Assembly: GCF_009914755.1 (NCBI RefSeq)
Contig: NC_060929.1
DNA: 64,000 bases
Reading direction: 5' to 3' (one strand)
From: the human T2T-CHM13v2.0 reference genome, Homo sapiens
The notes beneath the pieces are model-generated. The model was given only the letters and a program-made list of their open reading frames with translations, was not told the DNA's origin and did no database searches. A program made the position numbers and the translations under genes. This document shows, piece by piece, positions 51,601 through 61,600 of the stretch (its first letter is position 1; each line of letters opens with the position of its first letter).

Positions 51601-54600
51601 CCAAATGTCTACTTGCAGATTCGATAAAAGAGTTTTACAAAACTGCTCTATCAAAAGAAAGGTTCAACGCTGTGAGTTGAATCCACATATCACGAAAAAG
51701 TTTCTGAGAATGCCTCTATCTACTTTTTATGTGAAGATATTCCGGTTTCCAACGAAGGCCTCAAAGCGCTCCAAATATCTACTGGCAGATTCTAGAAAAA
51801 GAGTGTTTCAAAACTGCTCTATTAAAGGAAGGTTCAACTCTGTGAGTTGAATTCACACATCACAAAGAACTTTCTGACAATGCTTCTATCTAGTTTTTAT
51901 GTGAAGATATTACTGTTTCCCATGAAGGCCTGAAAGTGGTCCGAATATCCACTTGCAGATTCTACAAAAAGAGGTTTTCAAAACTGCTCTATGCAGAGGT
52001 ATATTCAACTCTGTGAGTTGAATGCAAACATCCCGAAGCAGTTTCTGAGAATGCTTCTGTCTAGTTTTTAGGGGCAGATATTTCCGTTGGCACAATAGCC
52101 CTCAAAGCGCTCCAAATATCCACTGGCAGATTCTACCAAAAGAGTCTTTCAAAACTGCTGTGTGAAAAGAAACGTTCAACTGTGTTAGCTGAATGCCCAC
52201 ATCACAAAGAAGATTCTGAGAATATTTCTGTCTAGTTTTTATTAGAAGATATTCCCGTTTCCAACAAAGGACACAAAGCGAAGCCAACTATCCGCTTGCA
52301 GATCTTACAAAAACACGTTTCAAAACTGCTCTATCAAAGGAAAGGTTCATCTCTCTGGGTTCAACGCACACATCACAAAGAAGTTTCTGAGAATGTTTCT
52401 GGCTAGTTCGTGTGTGAAGATATTCCCGTTTCCAACAAAGGCTTCAAAGCCCTCCAAATATTCACCTGCAATTGTTCAAAAGAGTGTTTCAAAACTGTTC
52501 TATCAAAAGGAAGGTTCAACTCTGTGAGTTGAATGCATGCTTCACATAAATGGTTCTGAGAATGCTTCTTTCTAGTTTTTATGTGAACATATTTCCTTCT
52601 CCACCATAGCCCTCAAAGCGCTCCAAGTGTCCGCTGGCAGATTCCACAGAAACAGTGTTTCAAAACTGCTCTAACAAAAGAAAGATTCAACTCCGCGATT
52701 TGAATGCACACATCACAAAGCATTTTCTGTGAATCCTTCTGTCTAGTTTTTATATGAGGATATTTCCTTTTCTACCACGGGCATCCAAGCCTTCCAATTC
52801 TCCAATTGTAGATTGCACAAACAGAGTGTTTCAAAACTGCTCCATGAGAAGGAAGATTCAAATTTGGGAGTACAATGCACACGTCACGAAGAAGTTTCTG
52901 AGAATGCTTCTGTCCAGTTTATATTTGAAGATATTCCCGTTTCCAGCAAAGGTCTCAAAGCGGTCCAAATATCCACTTGCGGATCCCACACACAGAGTGT
53001 TTCAAAGCTGCTCTATGGAAAGGTATGTTCAACTCTGTGAGTTTACTGCAAACATCCTAAAGAAGTTTCTGGGAATGCTGCTGTCTAGTTTAATGTGAAT
53101 ATCTTTTCTTTTCCGCCATAGCCCTCAAAGAGCTCCAAATATCCACTTTCAGATTCTACAGAGTGTTTCAAAACTGCTCTATCCAAAAAAAGTTTCAACT
53201 CGGAGAGTCGAATGCACATATCACAAAGCAGTTTCTGAGAATGCTTTCGTCTATTTTTCCCAGGAAGATATTTCCTTTTGGACCGTAGGCCTCAAATCGC
53301 TCCAGATATCCACATGCAGATTCTACAAAAAGAGTGTTTCCAAACTGCCCTATCAAAAGGAAGGTTCACCTCTGGTAGTTGAATGCAAACATCACAAAGA
53401 AGTTTCTCAGAATGCTTCTGTCTAGTTGTCATAGGCAGATATTTCTTTTTCTACCATAGGCCTCAAAGCGCTCCAAATATCCACTTGCAGATTCTCCGAA
53501 AACAGTGTTTCAAAACTGCTCCATAAAAAGGAAGGTTCAACTCTGTGAGTTGAATGGACAGACCACAAAGAAGTTTCTGATAATGCTTCTGTCTAGTGTT
53601 TATGTGAAGATATTCCCGTTTCCGATGAAGGCCTCAAAGCAGTCCAAATATCCACTTGCAGATTCTACAAAAATAGTGCTTCAAAACTACTCTATGGAAA
53701 GGTATGTTCAACACTGTGAGATGAATGCAAACGTCACAAAGAAGTTGCTGAGAATGCTTCAGTCTAGTTTCTATGGGAAGACATTTCCTTTTGCACCACA
53801 GCCCTCAAAGCACTCCAAATGTCTACTTGCAGATTCGATAAAAGAGTTTTACAAAACTGCTCTATCAAAAGAAAGGTTCAACGCTGTGAGTTGAATCCAC
53901 ATATCACGAAAAAGTTTCTGAGAATGCCTCTATCTACTTTTTATGTGAAGATATTCCGGTTTCCAACGAAGGCCTCAAAGCGCTCCAAATATCTACTGGC
54001 AGATTCTAGAAAAAGAGTGTTTCAAAACTGCTCTATTAAAGGAAGGTTCAACTCTGTGAGTTGAATTCACACATCACAAAGAACTTTCTGACAATGCTTC
54101 TATCTAGTTTTTATGTGAAGATATTACTGTTTCCCATGAAGGCCTCAAAGTGGTCCGAATATCCACTTGCAGATTCTACAAAAAGAGGTTTTCAAAACTG
54201 CTCTATGCAGAGGTATGTTCAACTCTGTGAGTTGAATGCAAACATCCCGAAGCAGTTTCTGAGAATGCTTCTGTCTAGTTTTTAGGGGCAGATATTTCCG
54301 TTGGCACAATAGCCCTCAAAGCGCTCCAAATATCCACTGGCAGATTCTACCAAAAGAGTGTTTCAAAACTGCTCTGTGAAAAGAAACGTTCAACTGTGTT
54401 AGCTGAATGCCCACATCACAAAGAAGATTCTGAGAATATTTCTGTCTAGTTTTTATTAGAAGATATTCCCGTTTCCACCAAAGGACACAAAGCGAAGCCA
54501 ACTATCCGCTTGCAGATCTTACAAAAACACGTTTCAAAACTGCTCTATCAAAGGAAAGGTTCATCTCTCTGGGTTCAACGCACACATCACAAAGAAGTTT

Positions 54601-57552
54601 CTGAGAAAGCTTCTGGCTAGTTCGTGTGTGAAGATATTCCCGTTTCCAACAAAGGCTTCAAAGCCCTCCAAATATTCACCTGCAATTGTTCAAAAGAGTG
54701 TTTCAAAACTGTTCTATCAAAAGGAAGGTTCAACTCTGTGAGTTGAATGCACGCTTCACATAAATGGTTCTGAGAATGCTTCTTTCTAGTTTTTATGTGA
54801 AGATATTTCCTTCTCCACCATAGCCCTCAAAGCGCTCCAAGTGTCCGCTGGCAGATTCCACAGAAACAGTGTTTCAAAACTGCTCTAACAAAAGAAAGAT
54901 TCAACTCCGCGATTTGAATGCACACATCACAAAGCATTTTCTGTGAATCCTTCTGTCTAGTTTTTATATGAGGATATTTCCTTTTCTACCACGGGCATCC
55001 AAGCCTTCCAATTCTCCAATTGTAGATTGCACAAACAGAGTGTTTCAAAACTGCTCCATGAGAAGGAAGATTCAAATTTGGGAGTACAATGCACACATCA
55101 CGAAGAAGTTTCTGAGAATGCTTCTGTCCAGTTTATATGTGAAGATATTCCCGTTTCCAGCAAAGGTCTCAAAGCGGTCCAAATATCCACTTGCGGATCC
55201 CACACACAGAGTGTTTCAAAGCTGCTCTACGGAAAGGTATGTTCAACTCTGTGAGTTTACTGCAAACATCCTAAAGAAGTTTCTGGGAATGCTGCTGTCT
55301 AGTTTAATGTGAATATCTTTTCTTTTCCGCCATAGCCCTCAAAGAGCTCCAAATATCCACTTTCAGATTCTACAGAGTGTTTCAAAACTGCTCTATCCAA
55401 AAAAAGTTTCAACTCGGAGAGTCGAATGCACATATCACAAAGCAGTTTCTGAGAATGCTTTCGTCTATTTTTCCCAGGAAGATATTTCCTTTTGGACCGT
55501 AGGCCTCAAATCGCTCCAGATATCCACATGCAGATTCTACAAAAAGAGTGTTTCCAAACTGCCCTATCAAAAGGAAGGTTCACCTCTGGTAGTTGAATGC
55601 AAACATCACAAAGAAGTTTCTCAGAATTCTTCTGTCTAGTTGTCATAGGCAGATATTTCTTTTTCTACCATAGGCCTCAAAGCGCTCCAAATATCCACTT
55701 GCAGATTCTCCGAAAACAGTGTTTCAAAACTGCTCCATAAAAAGGAAGGTTCAACTCTGTGAGTTGAATGGACAGACCACAAAGAAGTTTCTGAGAATGC
55801 TTCTGTCTAGTGTTTATGTGAAGATATTCCCGTTTCCGATGAAGGCCTCAAAGCAGTCCAAATATCCACTTGCAGATTCTACAAAAATAGTGCTTCAAAA
55901 CTACTCTATGGAAAGGTATGTTCAACACTGTGAGATGAATGCAAACGTCACAAAGAAGTTGCTGAGAATGCTTCAGTCTAGTTTCTATGGGAAGACATTT
56001 CCTTTTGCACCACAGCCCTCAAAGCACTCCAAATGTCTACTTGCAGATTCGATAAAAGAGTTTTACAAAACTGCTCTATCAAAAGAAAGGTTCAACGCTG
56101 TGAGTTGAATCCACATATCACGAAAAAGTTTCTGAGAATGCCTCTATCTACTTTTTATGTGAAGATATTCCGGTTTCCAACGAAGGCCTCAAAGCGCTCC
56201 AAATACCTACTGGCAGATTCTAGAAAAAGAGTGTTTCAAAACTGCTCTATTAAAGGAAGGTTCAACTCTGTGAGTTGAATTCACACATCACAAAGAACTT
56301 TCTGACAATGCTTCTATCTAGTTTTTATGTGAAGATATTACTGTTTCCCATGAAGGCCTCAAAGTGGTCCGAATATCCACTTGCAGATTCTACAAAAAGA
56401 GGTTTTCAAAACTGCTCTATGCAGAGGTATATTCAACTCTGTGAGTTGAATGCAAACATCCCGAAGCAGTTTCTGAGAATGCTTCTGTCTAGTTTTTAGG
56501 GGCAGATATTTCCGTTGGCACAATAGCCCTCAAAGCGCTCCAAATATCCACTGGCAGATTCTACCAAAAGAGTCTTTCAAAACTGCTCTGTGAAAAGAAA
56601 CGTTCAACTGTGTTAGCTGAATGCCCACATCACAAAGAAGATTCTGAGAATATTTCTGTCTAGTTTTTATTAGAAGATATTCCCGTTTCCAACAAAGGAC
56701 ACAAAGCAAAGCCAACTATCCGCTTGCAGATCTTACAAAAACACGTTTCAAAACTGCTCTATCAAAGGAAAGGTTCATCTCTCTGGGTTCAACGCACACA
56801 TCACAAAGAAGTTTCTGAGAATGTTTCTGGCTAGTTCGTGTGTGAAGATATTCCCGTTTCCAACAAAGGCTTCAAAGCCCTCCAAATATTCACCTGCAAT
56901 TGTTCAAAAGAGTGTTTCAAAACTGTTCTATCAAAAGGAAGGTTCAACTCTGTGAGTTGAATGCATGCTTCACATAAATGGTTCTGAGAATGCTTCTTTC
57001 TAGTTTTTATGTGAACATATTTCCTTCTCCACCATAGCCCTCAAAGCGCTCCAAGTGTCCGCTGGCAGATTCCACAGAAACAGTGTTTCAAAACTGCTCT
57101 AACAAAAGAAAGATTCAACTCCGCGATTTGAATGCACACATCACAAAGCATTTTCTGTGAATCCTTCTGTCTAGTTTTTATATGAGGATATTTCCTTTTC
57201 TACCACGGGCATCCAAGCCTTCCAATTCTCCAATTGTAGATTGCACAAACAGAGTGTTTCAAAACTGCTCCATGAGAAGGAAGATTCAAATTTGGGAGTA
57301 CAATGCACACATCACGAAGAAGTTTCTGAGAATGCTTCTGTCCAGTTTATATGTGAAGATATTCCCGTTTCCAGCAAAGGTCTCAAAGCGGTCCAAATAT
57401 CCACTTGCGGACCCCACACACAGAGTGTTTCAAAGCTGCTCTACGGAAAGGTATGTTCAACTCTGTGAGTTTACTGCAAACATCCTAAAGAAGTTTCTGG
57501 GAATGCTGCTGTCTAGTTTAATGTGAATATATTTTCTTTTCCGCCATAGCCC
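48697..57552. repeat. 2-HOR duplication U23-U24 / U25-U26
   Basis: U24 and U26 share seven variants (CAGAATTCTT, GTATATTC, GAGTCTTTC, TTCCAACAAAGGAC, AATGTTTCTGGC, TGCATGC, GTGAACATAT). U23 and U25 share GAGAAAGCTT. Confidence 0.85.
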
Positions 57553-58629
57553 TCAAAGAGCTCCAAATATCCACTTTCAGATTCTACAGAGTGTTTCAAA
57601 ACTGCTCTATCCAAAAAAAGTTTCAACTCGGAGAGTCGAATGCACATATCACAAAGCAGTTTCTGAGAATGCTTTCGTCTATTTTTCCCAGGAAGATATT
57701 TCCTTTTGGACCGTAGGCCTCAAATCGCTCCAGATATCCACATGCAGATTCTACAAAAAGAGTGTTTCCAAACTGCCCTATCAAAAGGAAGGTTCACCTC
57801 TGGTAGTTGAATGCAAACATCACAAAGAAGTTTCTCAGAATGCTTCTGTCTAGTTGTCATAGGCAGATATTTCTTTTTCTACCATAGGCCTCAAAGCGCT
57901 CCAAATATCCACTTGCAGATTCTCCGAAAACAGTGTTTCAAAACTGCTCCATAAAAAGGAAGGTTCAACTCTGTGAGTTGAATGGACAGACCACAAAGAA
58001 GTTTCTGAGAATGCTTCTGTCTAGTGTTTATGTGAAGATATTCCCGTTTCCGATGAAGGCCTCAAAGCAGTCCAAATATCCACTGGCAGATTCTACAAAA
58101 ATAGTGCTTCAAAACTACTCTATGGAAAGGTATGTTCAACACTGTGAGATGAATGCAAACGTCACAAAGAAGTTGCTGAGAATGCTTCAGTCTAGTTTCT
58201 ATGGGAAGACATTTCCTTTTGCACCACAGCCCTCAAAGCACTCCAAATGTCTACTTGCAGATTCGATAAAAGAGTTTTACAAAACTGCTCTATCAAAAGA
58301 AAGGTTCAACGCTGTGAGTTGAATCCACATATCACGAAAAAGTTTCTGAGAATGCCTCTATCTACTTTTTATGTGAAGATATTCCGGTTTCCAACGAAGG
58401 CCTCAAAGCGCTCCAAATATCTACTGGCAGATTCTAGAAAAAGAGTGTTTCAAAACTGCTCTATTAAAGGAAGGTTCAACTCTGTGAGTTGAATTCACAC
58501 ATCACAAAGAACTTTCTGACAATGCTTCTATCTAGTTTTTATGTGAAGATATTACTGTTTCCCATGAAGGCCTCAAAGTGGTCCGAATATCCACTTGCAG
58601 ATTCTACAAAAAGAGGTTTTCAAAACTGC

Positions 58630-61600
58630 CCTATGAAGAGGTATGTTCAACTCTGTGAGTTGAATGCAAACATCCCAAAGCAGTTTCTGAGAATGCTTCT
58701 GTCTAGTTTTTAGGGGCAGATATTTCCATAGGCACAATAGCCCTCAAAGCGCTCCAAATATCCACTGGCAGATTCTACCAAAAGAGTGTTTCAAAACTGC
58801 TCTGTGAAAAGAAACGTTCAACTGTGTTAGTTGAATGCCCGCATCACAAAGAAGATTCTGAGAATATTTCTGTCTAGTTTTTATTAGAAGATATTCCCGT
58901 TTCCACCAAAGGACACAAAGAGAAGCCAACTATCCGCTTGCTGAACTTACAAAAACACGTTTCAAAACTGCTCTATCAAAGGAAAGGTTCATCTCTCTGG
59001 GTTCAACGCACACATCACAAAGAAGTTTCTGAGAATTCTTCTGGCTAGTTTGTGTGTGAAGATATTCCCATTTCCAACAAAGGCTTCAAAGCTCTCCAAA
59101 TATTCACCTGCAATTGTTCAAAAGAGTGTTTCAATACTGTTCTATCAAAAGGAAGGTTCAACTCTGTGAGTTGAATGCACGCTTCACATAAATGGTTCTG
59201 AGAATGCTTCTTTCTAGTTTTTATGTGAAGATATTTCCTTCTCCACCATAGCCCTCAAAGCGCTCCAAGTGTCCGCTGGCAGATTCCACAGAAACAGTGT
59301 TTCAAAACTGCTCTAACAAAAGAAAGATTCAACTCCGTGATTTGAATGCACACATCACAAAGCATTTTCTGTGAATCCTTCTGTCTAGTTTTTATATGAC
59401 GATATTTCCTTTTCTACCATGGGCATCCAAGCGTTCCAATTATCCAATTGTAGATTGCACAAACAGAGTGTTTCAAAACTGCTCCATGAGAAGGAAGATT
59501 CAAATTTGGGAGTACAATGCACACATCACGAAGAAGTTTCTGAGAATGCTTCTGTCCAGTTTATATGTGAAGATATTCCCATTTCCAGCAAAGGTCTCAA
59601 AGCGGTCCAAATGTCCACTTGCGGATCCCACAAACAGAGTGTTTCAAAACTGCTCTACGGAAAGGAATGCTCAACTCTGTGAGTTTACTGCAAACATCCT
59701 AAGGAAGTTTCTGGGAATGCTGCTGTCTAGTTTAATGTGAATATATTTTCTTTTCCGCCATAGCCCTCAAAGAGCTCCAAACATCCACTTTCAGATTCTA
59801 CAGAGTGTTTCAAAACTGCTCTATCAAAAAAAAGTTTCAACTCGGTGAGTCGAATGCACATATCACAAAGCAGTTTCTGAGAATGCTTTCGTCTATTTTT
59901 CCCAGGAAGATATTTCCTTTTGGACCTTAGGCCTTAAATCGCTCCAGATATCCACATGCAGATTCTACAAAAAGAGTGTTTCCAAACTGCCCTATCAAAA
60001 GGAAGGTTCAACCCTGGTAGTTGAATGCAAACATCACAAAGAACTTTCTCAGAATGCTTCTGTCTAGTTGTCATAGGCAGATATTTCTTTTTCTACCATA
60101 GGCCTCTAAGTGCTCCAAATATCCACTTGCGGATTCTCCAAAAACAGTGTTTCAAAACTGCTCCATAAAAAGGAAGGTTCAACTCTGTGAATTGAATGGA
60201 CAGACCACAAAGAAGTTTCTGAGAATGCTTCTGTCTAGTGTTTATGTGAAGATATTCCCGTTTCCGATGAAGGCCTCAAAGCAGTCCAAATATCCACTTG
60301 CAGATTCTACAAAAATAGTGCTTCAAAACTACTCTATGGAAAGGTATGTTCAACACTGTGAGATGAATGCAAACGTCACAAAGAAGTTGCTGAGAATGCT
60401 TCAGTCTAGTTTCTATGGGAAGACATTTCCTTTTGCACCACAGCCCTCAAAGCACTCCAAATGTCTACCTGCAGATTCGATAAAAGAGTTTTACGAAACT
60501 GCTCTATCAAAAGAAAGGCTCAACGCTGTGAGTTGAATCTACATATCACGAAAAAGTTTCTGAGAATGCATCTATCTACTTTTTATGTGAAGATATTCTG
60601 GTTTCCAACGAAGGCCTCAAAGCGCTCCAAATATCTACTGGCAGATTCTAGAAAAAGAGTGTTTCAAAACTGCTCTATTAAAGGAAGGTTCAACTCTGTG
60701 AGTTGAATTCACACATCACAAAGAACTTTCTGACAATGCTTCTATCTAGTTTTTATGTGAAGATATTACTGTTTCCTATGAAGGCCTCAAAGTGGTCCGA
60801 ATATCCACTTGCAGATTCTACAAAGAGAGGTTTTCAAAACTGCTATATGCAGTGGTATGTTCAACTCTGTGAGTTGAATGCAAACATCCCTAAGCAGTTT
60901 CTGAGAATGCTTCTGTCTAGTTTTTAGGGGCAGATATTTCCATTGGCACAATAGCCCTTAAAGCGCTCCAAATATCCACTGGCAGATTCTACCAAAAGAG
61001 TGTTTCAAAACTGCTCTGTGAAAAGAAACGTTCAACTGTGTTAGGTGAATGCCCGCATCACAAAGAAGATTCTGAGAATATTTCTGTCTATTTTTTATTA
61101 GAAGATATTCCCGTTTCCACCAAAGGACACAAAGCGAAGCCAACTATCCGCTTGCTGATCTTACAAAAACACGTTTCAAAACTGCTCTATCAAAGGAAAG
61201 GTTCATCTCTCTGGGTTCAACGCACACATCACAAAGAAGTTTCTGAGAATGCTTCTGGCTAGTTTGTGTGTGAAGATATTCCCATTTCCAACAAAGGCTT
61301 CAAAGCCCTCCAAATATTCACCTGCAATTGTTCAAAAGAGTGTTTCAAAACTGTTCTATCAAAAGGAAGGTTCAACTCTGTGAGTTGAATGCACGCTTCA
61401 CATAAATGGTTCTGAGAATGCTTCTTTCTAGTTTTTATGTGAAGATATTTCCTTCTCCACCATAGCCCTCAAAGCGCTCCAAGTGTCCGCTGGCAGATTC
61501 CACAGAAACAGTGTTTCAAAACTGCTCTAACAAAAGAAAGATTCAACTCCGTGATTTGAATGCACACATCACAAAGCATTTTCTGTGAATCCTTCTGTCT

